Position numbers and translations under genes: made by a program
Source of the DNA: Octopus vulgaris
Taxonomy: Eukaryota
Assembly (NCBI GenBank): GCA_951406725.2
Contig: OX597836.1
Span: 31,062,001 to 31,126,000 of the forward strand
Direction: 5' to 3'
DNA: 64,000 nucleotides
Notes under the pieces: generated by a model
What the model saw: the letters and a program-made list of their open reading frames with translations, nothing else
What the model was told of the DNA's origin: nothing
Database searches by the model: none
Shown here: positions 12,266 through 24,762 of the stretch, one piece after another
How positions within the stretch are numbered: the stretch's first letter is position 1
Layout: every line of letters begins with the position of its first letter

Positions 12266-13637
12266 GAAGGAGAGGGATGGATTTCAACGAGTTGACAAGC
12301 TCACCTTTTTATTCTGACTCTGTAACTATGACTACAATATCGAACATCTCTTTTTTTTTTTTTTTTTTTTTTGAAGATAAGCAATGGGGCTGATTGTTAT
12401 CTGGCTACTAATACTGGTATGTCAAGTAACTGTGTGTGGGGGCTCTTTCTTAAGTGCATTCTTCAAACAGGATACATACATCCTGTATATACTGAATGAC
12501 AAAGATTACAATTGGTTGATTCTAAAACCTATTAGCTTACATAATCGCCATATTTCTGTACTTTTACTATAATTTTCAAGGAAATGACAGTGTAGAAAAT
12601 CTTTTTCTACTATAGGCACAAGGCCTAAATTTTTGGGGGCAAGAACCAGTCAATTACATTGACCTCAGTGATTGACTGGTACTTGTCCCGTGGACTCCAA
12701 AAGGATGGAAGGCAAAGTTGACCTTCGCAAAATTTGAACTCAGAATGTAAAGTACCAGATGAAATGCTGTTAAGCGTTTTGTCCAGAGTGGTAACAATTC
12801 TGCCAGCTCGCCACCCTGGCAATATTAATAATAATAACAGCAACAGCAGCAACAACAACTTCAACAATAATAATGGTTTTAAAGTTTGGCACGACACCTG
12901 TAATTCCAGGCAAGGGAATAAGTCGATTGCTTCGACCCCAGGGCTCAACTGGTACTTAATTTATCGACCCTAATTGGATAAACTTAATTTTTTGACAGGC
13001 AAAGTCAACTTTGGCAGAATTTGAACTCAGAATGTAAAGAGAACTGAAATGCCTCTAAGCATTTTGCCCAGCATGCTAATGATTCTGCCAGCTTGCTGTC
13101 TTAATAATAATGATGATGATAATATTAATAATAATAATAATGATGATGATAATATTAATAATAATAATGATGATGATAATATTAATGATAATAATGATGA
13201 TGATGATAATCAAAACATAAAAACTATAAGCATCTGTAAATTTTGTACTGGTGCCATGAGAAATATTTCTATATTGCAACAATTACAGAGTATAGAAAGA
13301 AGTGTAAAATTGATAACTATATAATCCAACCAAAATATCTGTTACACAACCATAAACAGAATTACTATTTAGACTTAAAGTACATTGTGCATATTCAAAG
13401 AACAGTGGCATGGAACGTTTTTCTGGTATTCTTTTATTCTTTTACTTGTTTCAGTCATTTGATGGTGGCCATGCTGGAGCACCACCCATTAGTGAAAGAA
13501 ATCGACCACTGGACTTATTCTTTGTAAGCCCGGTGCTTATTCTATCAATCTCTTCTGCCGAACCGCTAAGTTACGAGGATGCAAACACACCAGCATTGGT
13601 TGGGGAGACAAATACAGACACAAACATACATACATAA

Positions 13638-13679
<42 letters not shown>

Positions 13680-13809
13680 TCTGACACTCTGACAAATCTG
13701 CCAATCCATTGCTCTAATTTATAACAACAATCACCACAAAAAGTGGTTGAATATCTTTAGTTTAAACCCTGCCAGCATGGAACCTGGATGTTAAATGATA
13801 ATGATGATG

Positions 13810-13855
<46 letters not shown>

Positions 13856-14338
13856 TGATGATGACTTGTCTGTTTCTGTTTATATCTGTCAAAAAATAGT
13901 CTTATTGTAAAGTCATTACCCCAGCATGGCCACAATTCAGTAACTGGAATTTATGACTAAATGAACTTCCTTTGTCTCTTCTTATGTAAATAACGGATAA
14001 CCACCCCCTCTCTATACACAAAGGAAGTTTTGATGCATTATAAATGTTACAAAGCTTCTCTTATCAGGAAATTGATATTTTAAATGTTCCTATTAACTGA
14101 TAATTAAATAGCCTTCATTATTTATTCAATTATAAGCTTTTGAACTATTAACCTCATTTTTTCAAGATGAAGAAATATGGGTATGATCTTGGACACACTT
14201 TCTAGTGAACCTATGATGAGAGACATTAACTCTTTAGCATTTAAATCAGTTATATATAATCCATATATCCTACCTGTTTTATGTTCAAACTGAAAATATC
14301 TGGCCTCTCACACCTATCCTACAATGTCATTCTAAAAT

Positions 14339-14757
14339 AGGCGCAGGAGTGGCTATGTGGTAAGTACCTTGCTAACCAACCACATGGTTCCGGGTTCAGT
14401 CCCACTGCGTTGCATCTTGGGCAAGTGTCTTCTGCTATAGCCCCGGGCCGACCAGTGCCTTGTGAGTGGATTTGGTAGACGGAAACTGAAAGAAGCCTGT
14501 CGTATATATGTATATATGTATATATATATGTGTGTATGTGTTTGTGTGTCTGTGTTTGTCCCCCTAGCATTGCTTAACAACCGATTCGGGTGTGTTTATG
14601 TCTCCATCACTTAGCGGTTCGGCAAAAGAGACTGATAGAATAAGTACTGGACTTACAAAGAATAAGTCCCGGTGTCAATTTGCTCGACTAAAGGCGGTGC
14701 TCCAGCATGGCCGCAGTCAAATGACTGAAACAAGTAAAAGAGTAAATGAGTAAGAGA
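14339..14757 (+). mobile_element. Full-length tRNA-derived SINE (same family as 11564) inserted in a piggyBac-like MITE
   Basis: Sequence matches the family; flanks are the two halves of the ttaac..tttagcatttaaa MITE. Confidence 0.85.
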
Positions 14758-15396
14758 GTCACTTCATCCAGACTCCTGAAGTTATGTGTTAATGCATTAT
14801 TTATTCAAAACAGTGTGGATAAATAAGCATTACATTCAACAGAGTAATCTCAATGCTTAAAGGACATTAAATCACTCCTGTATGAAGACTTGAGGTAGCA
14901 CTGAGTGAGTCCTAGAAATTTCTTTAGTTTCCCTCATCAAGGTTATTGGGGAAGCCAAAACTCTGGTAGAACAGGGGTAATTGTTCCATATTCCATGTGG
15001 CTGTGACCGGTGATGGTGCCTGCAATATGTTGATAATGCTAATTGTCTTGACCACTTTGTTCTTGGTCATTCACTAACAATGTCTTAGGCTTTGTCAGTA
15101 GCAAGCATTTGCTGGCAAGTGGATGCTAAGACAAAATCAGCCACTACTGATATAGTAAAACGGTGATTCAAAAATCACTGATGTTGCAATTAGCCTGCAG
15201 GCTGAATAAAAATTTGTTAAGAGTGACAAAAGTAATATTAGTTCAAACTAGCAATCTGTATATCATACTTAAAACATATACATCATTGAAAGCCTGATAT
15301 TTATCAGTGCCACCATTGCTGTTGGATAATTTTTCATCTGCTTCTGATATGTTTCTGTGTTTTTAACACTATGTATCTATAAGAGATGCTTTCTTG

Positions 15397-15596
15397 AGAA
15401 GAATACTGCAGTTTATTAATCTTTCTATGACATATATGCTTTATGTATGATACACAGATTGCTATTTTGAACTAATACTCCTGAATAATAATTCGTTATA
15501 AGCAAAAGTGGGTGTATTAGTTGAAAATAGCAATCTGTGTATGATACATAAAAAATGTACCTCATAGAAAGATTAATAAACTGCAGTATTTCTTCT
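15397..15596. repeat. Imperfect inverted repeat (~85-bp arms) with a third partial copy at about 15232-15292
   Basis: agaagaatactgcagtttattaatctttctatga... versus ...tcatagaaagattaataaactgcagtatttcttct. Confidence 0.75.
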
Positions 15597-15987
15597 GGCT
15601 GAAACTTTGAAGTACTTGCCAGCAACATTTTTAAGAATAATAAATTTGCACTCTACAAAAGTATAGAGTAACCCATCAGATTAATGTGAAATTGTTTGTA
15701 TTATAACTGAACATAAAAACAAACAATAGTATATATAGGTGCTGGCATGGCTGTGTTTTGGGCATGAAGTTTTTCAGGAGGATGTTCTAGGCATCTGCAT
15801 TGTCCCCTGCCAAAGAATTTTAGAGATTGCAAGCGCACTCCCTTTTCCAAAGCCTCTGTGTGTGTGTGTGTGTGTGTGTGTGTCCATCCGTCCGTCCATT
15901 CCTCCATCTGTCTCTCTCTCTCCCTCCCTCCTTCTCTCACTCTCTCTCTCTCTCACACACACTCTCTCTCTCTCTCTCTCTCTCACA

Positions 15988-16021
<34 letters not shown>

Positions 16022-16534
16022 CTCTCTGAGGAACTTGAAACTGTTTGGGTGTTGCTGGGGAGACAGGAAATTGAGAATTTAGCAGGTGGTGGTTTAAGCC
16101 TTTTTGGTTTAGAACTAAGTTTTTAAGTGGTTGAGTAATTGTGCATCTGTGTCCATTAGAGTGAGTAATTGTGCATCTGTGTCCGTGAATACAGAAGAAG
16201 CTTTACTATATATATTGTGTCTATGTGTGTGTGATTGTTCGTATGATTATGTGGAAGTGTGGGGCAGCTGCGTACTTATATGCTGGAAGATAACATTGTA
16301 TGACTGGGCATATCCTTGTAGTGCATCTTTCAGGAAGTTAAAGATCCTGAGTAGACTAAGGAGAATGAAACATACTTTCCTAGACAGTGTTTTGTAATGT
16401 TCCCAGAGAAAATTTTTGTTTCTAAGTGTTTGTAGATGTGTTTATGAGGTCAAGAATATTTGCTTCATGTCTATGTGATTGTCAAAGATTTGAAATTGAA
16501 GATATAAACTGTTTCATTTTGTTTCATCTTGGTC

Positions 16535-16688
16535 GGGTCATTATGCCAGTAATAAACACATGCACTGGTTCTGTTTCGCTTCACTGTTATTTATTTGTCA
16601 ATCGGTTAAATAGTTAACCAATAGGCAAATAAATAACAATGAAGTGAAATACAACCAGTGTTTGTGTTATTTATTGGTACAATGACCC
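16535..16688. repeat. Imperfect fold-back (MITE-like) hairpin
   Basis: cactggtt...ttatttatttgtcaatcggttaa-atag-ttaaccaataggcaaataaataac...aaccagtg. Confidence 0.65.
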
Positions 16689-18526
16689 TCTTCAGATGCA
16701 GCAAAATGTTTGAATACATTCCAACCATCACCATACCATTCTGTCATTTTCTTGGGCATTCTTTTATCTTTTATCTGTTTCAGTCATTAGATTGTGGCCA
16801 TGCTGGGGCACCACCTTGAAGAATTTTTAGCCATGTGAATTGACTCCAGTACTTATTTTTTCTTTAAGCCTGGTACTTAATTTATCAGTCTCTTTTGCTG
16901 AATCACTAAGTTATAGGGACATAAACACACCATCACCAGTTATCAAATAGTGGCGGGGGACAAACACACACACACAAAAACACACACACACACACACACA
17001 CATGATGGGTTTCTTTCAGTTTCCATCTGCCAAATCCACTCACAAGGCTTTGGTCAGGCCGAAGCTATAGTGGAAGACATTTGTCCAAGGTTACACACAG
17101 TGGGACTGAACCCAGAACCATGTGGTTGGGAAGCAAGCTTCTTACCACACAGTCACACCTGTGCCATTGTGCATCTAGAGTTACATTATTCTATGTGAAC
17201 TTCCTTTCTCAAGACAGCAACAGTGATGTTGCCTTGCAAGTTTCTTGGTAACCTCACGGGTGCTGGTGCCACATAAAAAGCACCCAGTCACACTCTGTAA
17301 AGGAGATCCAGCTGTAGAAACCATGCCAAAGCAGACAGTATTCTGGCTCTCCAACTCCTCTCGCACCATCCACTCCATACTGGTATAGAAAACGGATGTT
17401 AAATGGTGACGATGATGATGGTGCCTCAAGTTCACATCAAGAATATTGCAAACCAAATGCATAAACGAAATATATAAGGCATTTGTTGTTTAATGTGTTG
17501 TGAGTTAGAAAGAAGAGTGTATAGGTTTTTGATATCAAGGGTGTGGCTTTTTAAAACTAGTTTAACATGTGTATAGCATAGTAATGGATCTGTCTGGTAC
17601 GATTTCAGTTAGGCTTTTAGGAAATTGTGGCCATTATCAAGTTTCTAAATTCTGGGTATTTGGCTGTTTTAAAATGCATTAAAGTGTTGTTGTTTAATCC
17701 AGTGACATTCCTGATCCGGTAGATCTAGGATCAAGGAGATTTGGCTGAGGATCATCATATCTTTTTTTTTTCTTCTAACTTTTATTCATTTCAGTCATTT
17801 GTTTGCGACCATGCTGGGGCACTGCCTTGAAAAATTTTTAGTTGAACAAATCAAACCCAGCACTTATATTTTAAGCCTGGTACTTATTCTGTCAGTCTCT
17901 TTTTGCCAAACCACTAAGTTATGGGGACAGGTCATAAATACACTAACACCAGTTGTCAGGCAGTGGTGGGGGACAAACACAGACACAAAAACACACACAT
18001 GCATGCACACGCATGCATACACCCACACATCCACATGCCCACACACACAGCGGGTTTCTTTCCAGTTTCCATCTACCAAATCCACTCACAAGGCTTTCAT
18101 TGACCCAACGTTATAATAGAAGACACTTGCCCAAGGTGCCATGCAGTGGGACTGAACCCAAAACCATGTGGTTAGGAAGCAAACTTATTACCAAACTCAG
18201 ACACATCTGTGCTTTAGTACAAAACTGCATTATCAAATGTATCATTTGTAAGATGGTAGGATCTGGTTTGAAGACATTTCACTGCCAATTGTAAATCAAG
18301 CAAATGAGTGGGTTGTTTGACCTGCTAGAGATAGCAGCTAAATCTCTGTCAACTGTTCACCCTACTTACTAACTCAGCCTTTAGCATGCTGAAGGCGAAT
18401 CATATCTCTTACATGTTTTCTCCCATGTAGCTGCAGGTGTATTGTGTTGCATTGAAAGGAGAAAAAAATTTATACAGGAACATGATTCATCTTCACCATG
18501 CAAAAAGTTACATAGACAAATATCTG

Positions 18527-18757
18527 TTTCTTTATTACCCACAAGGGGCTAAACATAGAGGGGACAAACAAGGACAGACAAAGGGATTAAGTCGATTACA
18601 TCGACCCCAGTGTGTAACTGGTACTTAATTTATCGACCCCGAAAGGATGAAAGTCAAAGCTGACCTCGGCGGAATTTGAACTCAGATCGTAATGGCAGAT
18701 GAAATACAGCTACGCATTTCGCCCGGCATGCTAGCATTTCTGCCAGCTCGCCGCCTT
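18527..18757 (-). mobile_element. tRNA-derived SINE with Deu/Nin-like domain
   Basis: ggcggcgagctggcagaa head and ctttcatcctttcggggtcgataaattaagtaccag core on - strand. Confidence 0.8.
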
Positions 18758-19404
18758 CAAAATTACATAGACAAATATCACTGAGACAATGTTGTAGACT
18801 CTGATTTGCAAAAAGACAAAATGGTTATAGTTAGAATGCCTTTCATCATCACCATTATCATCATCGTTTAACGTCCGCTTTCCATGCTAGCATGGGTTGG
18901 ACGATTTGACTGAGGTCTGGCGAACCAGATGGCTGCACCAGACTCCAATCTTGATCTGGCAGAGTTTCTACATCTGGGTGCCCTTCCTAACACCAACCAC
19001 TCTGAGAATGTAGTGGGTGCTTTTACGTGCCACTGGCACGAGGGTCAATCAGGCAGTACTGGCAACGGCCACTCTCAAATGGTACTTTTTATGTGCCACC
19101 TGCACAGGAGCCAGTCCAGTGGCACTGGCAACGACCTTGCTTGAATGTTTTTTTCACGTGCCACCAGCACAAGTGCCAGTAAGGCGAGGTTATAAATATT
19201 CTCGATCCTGATTTCCCTGAGCTAAACAGCAAAATCTCATACAGCAACATGATTTGCCATCAGCATGCTAAAGGTTAGACAGACAAATATCATAGAGACA
19301 GTGTTGTAGACTCTGGTTTGCTAAAAGACAGGTTGGTTATAGTTAAAATGCCTTTGATTATAAATATACTCAATCATGTCTTCCCTGGGCTAAACAACAA
19401 AAGG

Positions 19405-19925
19405 ATTATCGGTTTTGTAGTCTCCTTTAGAAAGAATTTTGTTACTATATGTAATCATAGAACCAGGTTATTGCTTACTGAACTGGAAGCAGAGAGTCAT
19501 AATCTGTGTCTCTGTGTTGAAGGCAAGTTGGACAGAGAAGCAATTGTGTTTAGAAGTGATCATACATTTAATATTAGACAGAAATATCTTCTGATGATTG
19601 TTCACTTGCAATAAATAGCTGACTCTTGTATCTCTGTGCTTGTAAGAATCTATTATGACATATATTCTACATTACGGCACTATCTGCAACTGTTATAAGG
19701 ACATAGAATTTGATTAATACTCTTACTTTCATTCAATATTCTTTCTATTACACTCTGCCGTTTCTTTTAATCTGTGAATCTGTTGCATTGCGAGAGGTGA
19801 ATAAATAATGTATTGTAATAATCTCAGAAGTCTTCTAAGATTGTGTTATCAGAATTAAATCAATTCACTGCAGTTGATTTTTGTGTCAGCAAAGAAAAAT
19901 GGAAAATAAATTATTTAAGAAGGAT
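19405..19925. repeat. ~500-bp AT-rich segment duplicated at 23721-24243
   Basis: Colinear direct repeat with identical blocks such as ggacatagaatttgattaatactcttactttcattcaatattcttt. Confidence 0.85.
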
Positions 19926-20345
19926 TGGGTGGAATTTTTCTTGGTTTGAATTTATGTTTAAATTTTAATTCAAACTGTATTTTTGTTATTTAAAACCTAC
20001 CTTTCTTATTTAAAGTTTATCACGAAAGTTTTGATAAAGTATTGTGTGGTGTTATCTTGACTTGCAATAAAACAGCGAGCTGGCACCATTGTTAGCATGC
20101 TAAGCAAAATATTTAGCAGTATTTCTTCCAGCTTTATGTTCTGAATTTAAATACTGCCGAGGTTGACTTTACCTTTCCTCTTTTTCGGATTTGATAAAAT
20201 AGGTACTAGTTCAGCCCTGGAGCTGATGTAATCAAATAGTCTCCGCCTCCAAAATGTTAGGCTTTGTGCCTAGCATAGAAAGTTGGTAGTGAGCTAGCAG
20301 AATCATTATTGCACCAGAAAAATTGCTTAGTGGTATTTCCTCTGG

Positions 20346-20575
20346 GTGGCGAGCGGGCAGAAACGTTAGCACGCTGGGCGAAATGCGTGGCCGTATTTCG
20401 TCTGCCGTTATGTTCTGAGTTCAAATTCCGATGAGGTCGACTTTGCCTTTCATCCTTTCGGGGTCAATTAAATAAGTACCAGTTACGCACTGGGGTCGAT
20501 ATATCGACTTAATCCGTCTGTTTGTCCTTGTTTGTCTCCTCTGTGTTTAGCCCCTTGTGAGCAGAAAAGAAATAG
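20346..20575 (+). mobile_element. tRNA-derived Deu/Nin-like SINE nested in an older copy of the same superfamily
   Basis: Same family as 18527, 31650 and 61395; older copy resumes at ggtatttcc on the 3' side. Confidence 0.8.
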
Positions 20576-21867
20576 GTATTTCCTTTGGGTTTATATTCTG
20601 AGTTCAAATTCTGCCAAGGTGGAGTTTGCCTTTCATCCTTTCAGTTGTCAATAAAATAAGTACCAGTCAAGCATTGATATTGATGGAATCAACTACCTCT
20701 TTCCCAAAAATTTCAGGTTTTGTGCCTATAATGACAGAAAGGTTTATTTTGATTTGCAGTAGTTTAATCATGAATTAAATGTGCCAGTGGCACGTAAAAA
20801 GCACTTATTACTCTTTTGGAGTAGTTGACAGTATAGAGGGCATCAAGCCTTAGAAACTGTACCAAATCAGACTGGAACCTGGTGCAGCTCTCCGGCGTAC
20901 CAGTTCCAGTCAAACCTTCCAATGCATGCCAACATGGAAAACAGATGTTAGATGATGATGATGATGGTGATGGTAGTGGTGGTGGTGGTGGTGGTGGTGG
21001 TGGTGATGATTTGTAAGAAGAAAACCAAGTTATAAAATAGTGTAATGTGAAAGTATTTTGATTTGGTATCCTTGCTATGAATGAACATACATGCCCTTGT
21101 GATTAGGGTGTTGCACTCGCAATCATACGATCACCGTTTCAATTCCCAGACTGGGTGGTACACTGTGTTTTGGAACAAAACACTTCATTTCATGTTGTTC
21201 CAGTCCACACAGTTGTAAACTGGTCTCCCTGAAATGTACTGAAATTCCGTTCAGGGGGAATGTTGGTCTACCCACTTTGCCAGTGGGGTGGTATCATTCA
21301 AAAGCTACAGCAATGCAAGGAAGCGCATTGTAACCAGTGGTGTATAACACAACATCTGATACTTCAGTTGATACAATGACGTGCTACAGTATTCCTTGCT
21401 ATAAATTAACAATATTTCCTCATTTAAAAAAACTTTTTTTTTATAAAAATCATAATTGGTTTAATAATTCTGTCATGGAAGCTAATGTCAACAAAATTCT
21501 TTGATGAGTGGAAGAAAAAGGAAAAGGAATCCGTGTTTAACCCTTTTGATACCAATTCACCTGAGACCGACTCTGATCCTGTGATACAAACCTTTTGTTT
21601 TGAATTGATCTAAATTAAAACGCTTCATCAAAATAAATTAATTGAAACAAAAGTGTTAAAGATGGATGCAAGGAGAAGGAAGTGGCTGATGATAACTGAT
21701 GAGAGCCTTAGAGGGAAATTACTGTGGATTTTGAGTAAATATTGTGTTGAAAATGAAAATTTAAAGCAACATTTTTATTAAAATATATAAAAATTTGGAA
21801 CTCTCACTGTCTTTACATCATTTTGATTTATCCAAAAAGTTGTTTTGAATTTTTGTTACATTGGTGT

Positions 21868-22712
21868 CTCATAAAAAGCACCCATGCTAGAGCCGCACAA
21901 AAAGCACCCTTGCTGGTGCGACATAAAGAGCACCTGTGCTGGCGCCATGTAAAAAACACCCATGCTGGTTCCACATAAAGAGCACCTGTGCTGGTGCCAT
22001 GTAAAAATGCATCCATGCTGGTGCCACATAAAGAGCACCTGTGCTGGTGCCATGTAAAAAGCACCCATGCTGGTGCCACATAAAGAGCACCTGTGCTGGT
22101 GCCATGTAAAAAGCACCCATGCTGGGGCCACATAAAGAGCGCCTGTGCTGGTGCCATGTAAAAAAGCACCCGTGCTGGTGCCACATAAAGAGCACCTGTG
22201 CTGGTGCCATGTAAAAATGCATCCATGCTGGTGCCACATAAAGAGCACCTGTGCTGGTGCCATGTAAAAAGCATCCATGCTGGTGTCACATAAAGAGCAC
22301 CTGTGCTGGTGCCATGTAAAAAGCACCCATGCTGGTGCCACATAAAGAGCACCTGTGCTGGTGCCATGTAAAAAGCACCCATGCTGGTGCCACATAAAGA
22401 GCACCTGTGCTGGTGCCATATAAAAGCACCCATGCTAGTGCCACATAAAGAGCACCTGTGCTGGTGCCATGTAAAAAGCACCCATGCTGGTGCCACATAA
22501 AGAGCACCTGTGCTGGTGCCATGTAAAAATGCATCCATGCTGGTGCCACATAAAGAGCACCTGTGCTGGTGCCATGTAAAAAGCATCCATGCTGGTGTCA
22601 CATAAAGAGCACCTGTGCTGGTGCCATGTAAAAAGTACCCATGCTGGTGCCACATAAAGAGCACCTGTGCTGGTGCCATTTATAAAGCACTGGTGCCACT
22701 TAAAAAGCACCC
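21868..22712. repeat. Tandem array of a 52-bp unit (two 26-bp subunits) amplified from the internal repeat of a Meta-like SINE
   Basis: catgctggtgccacataaagagcacc + tgtgctggtgccatgtaaaaagcacc, about 15 units; SINE body continues at 22715-22885. Confidence 0.9.
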
Positions 22713-23152
22713 ATTACAATCTGTAAAGTCGTTGGCATTAGGAAGGGCATCTAGGTGTAGAAACCATGCCAAAACTGACAACTGGAGCCTGGTGCAACAG
22801 GCCAGCTCATGTTAAACCATCCAATCCATGATAGTATGGAAAACAGATGTTGAATGATTATGTTGTTCATGATGATGATGATGATATAACTATACTTGAA
22901 GGTAAAACTTACTTGGAAAAGGATGCATGGTGTTCAATCGTATAATAATATAAATAATATATAACTATATACATACATATATGTACATACCTACATATAT
23001 ATGTATATATACATGCATATATGGGTACAGGACATCAAAAAAATGTTGAACACAATGAGAAATGAAAACATAAAAACAAAAACATAGAAACAAACTTTAT
23101 TTTCAAACAACGAAAAAAAAGCAGAGAAACAAGACATACAACATAAAGAATA

Positions 23153-23230
23153 TTCCCCTTCTTCAGTTGTCCCTGTTTCATCTACTCCACATTTCGAAGG
23201 TAAGGACAAGACGCGACTTCGTTGAAACAG
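23153..23230 (-). ncRNA. Second candidate non-canonical-order hammerhead, inside a ~300-bp repeat element (about 23020-23330)
   Basis: - strand CTGTTTCA ACGAAGT CGCGT-C-TTGTCC TTA CCTTC-GAA-ATGTG GAGTAGA TGAAACAG GGACAA-CTGAAGA-A-GGGG. Confidence 0.5.
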
Positions 23231-23720
23231 TTCTTACTGCAAAGCAAATTAAATAAAATTTGGGACCTTTTGTGGAGGGTGAAAGTGGTAACAAGAACAG
23301 AACAGTGAGAACAAAACAGTTAAAAACAAATGATGAGGGCTGTTTGTGGCCTTGCTGTTAGGTGTTACACTCACAATCACAAGATCATGGTTTCAGTTCC
23401 TGGACCGAGCAAGGCACCATGTCCTTGAGCAAAACACCTCATTGCATATTACTACAGTCTACTCAGCTGTAAATGGGTTACACTGTGATGCACCAGCATC
23501 CACATTTTGGAGAAATGTTATCTCACTCACTTAATACACCACAGGTCTTGCCATCTAGCCAGCAGGGTAAGCATCATTTGAAAGCTTCAACAATGGAAGG
23601 TAATGCATTGTGACATACAGTGTATAACAACGTTCAATAGTCTGACCGAGGCAGTGATACAATAATATAACTATTCTTGCAATACAATCATTTTATACAA
23701 AAGATTTGACTGAACACTGC

Positions 23721-24243
23721 ATTATCTGTTTGGTAGTCTCTTTTAGAATGACTTTTGTTACTGTATGCAATGATAGAACCAGGTTATTGCTTATTGAAAT
23801 CAAACAGTCAGAGTTTATCTCTGTTTTAGATGGCAGATAAACATATAAAGATATTCTCTTCAGAAGAGATCATACATTTAATATTAGCTAGAAATATCTT
23901 ATTCTAGTTGTTGACTTGTAGTAAATAGCTGACTCTTGTATTTCTATAGTCGTAAGAATCTATTACAGCAGATAGTGCCATAATGCAATATGGCACTATC
24001 TGCAACTGTTACAAGGACATAGAATTTGATTAATACTCTTACTTTCATTCAATATTCTTTGTATTACACACTTCTGTTCCTTTTTAATCTGTAAATCTGT
24101 CGCTTTGCAAGAGGTGAATAAATAATGTATCATAATAATCTCCATAGTCTTCTAAGATTGTGTTATCGGAATTAAATCAATTCAATACAGTTGACTTTTT
24201 GTGTCAGTGAAGGAAAATGAAAAATGAATTATTCAGAAAGGAT
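23721..24243. repeat. Second copy of the 19405-19925 segment
   Basis: Colinear similarity. Confidence 0.85.
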
Positions 24244-24457
24244 TTTTTTTTTCCATGCCAAGTTTTTTTAATCTTTTTAGTCTTTACATTCCAGCAGATT
24301 TGAACACAAATACGTTAGCCATTGTCATGTACGCCATTGGAGAACATCTTTTTATGACAACTCAATGTTCATGCCACACTTGGTTCATTAGTGCAAAAGC
24401 ACTAATCAGCAAAAGAGTTATTTTGTTCAACGTTTTTGAAACTATTATTATTATTGT

Positions 24458-24762
24458 GGAGGCGCAAAGGCCCAGTGGTTAGGGCAGTGGACTTGTGGTC
24501 AGAGGATCGTGGTTTCGATTCCCAGACTGGGCGTTGCGTGTGTTTATTGAGCGAAAACACCTAAAAGCTCCACAAGGCTCCGGCGGGAAGCGGTGGTGAC
24601 CCCTGTTGTACTCTTTCACCCCTACTTTCTCTCACTCTTTCTTCCTGTTTCTTGAGTAATACTTTGATGGACTGGCATCCCGTCCAGCTGGGGGGAACAC
24701 ATTTGCCACAGAAACTGGGAAACCGGGCCCGTGAGCCTGGCTAGGCTTGAAAAGGTTGCATA
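24458..24762 (+). mobile_element. tRNA-derived SINE, third family (ggaggcgcaatggcccagtggttagggcag head)
   Basis: A and B boxes; head shared with 34527-34915 and fragment 33248-33290 but 3' halves differ. Confidence 0.75.

Noticed and set aside
21828-22710. 283-aa and overlapping repetitive ORFs; superficially CRISPR-like array
   Set aside because: Translation of a 52-bp tandem repeat; no unique spacers, no cas genes, eukaryotic context
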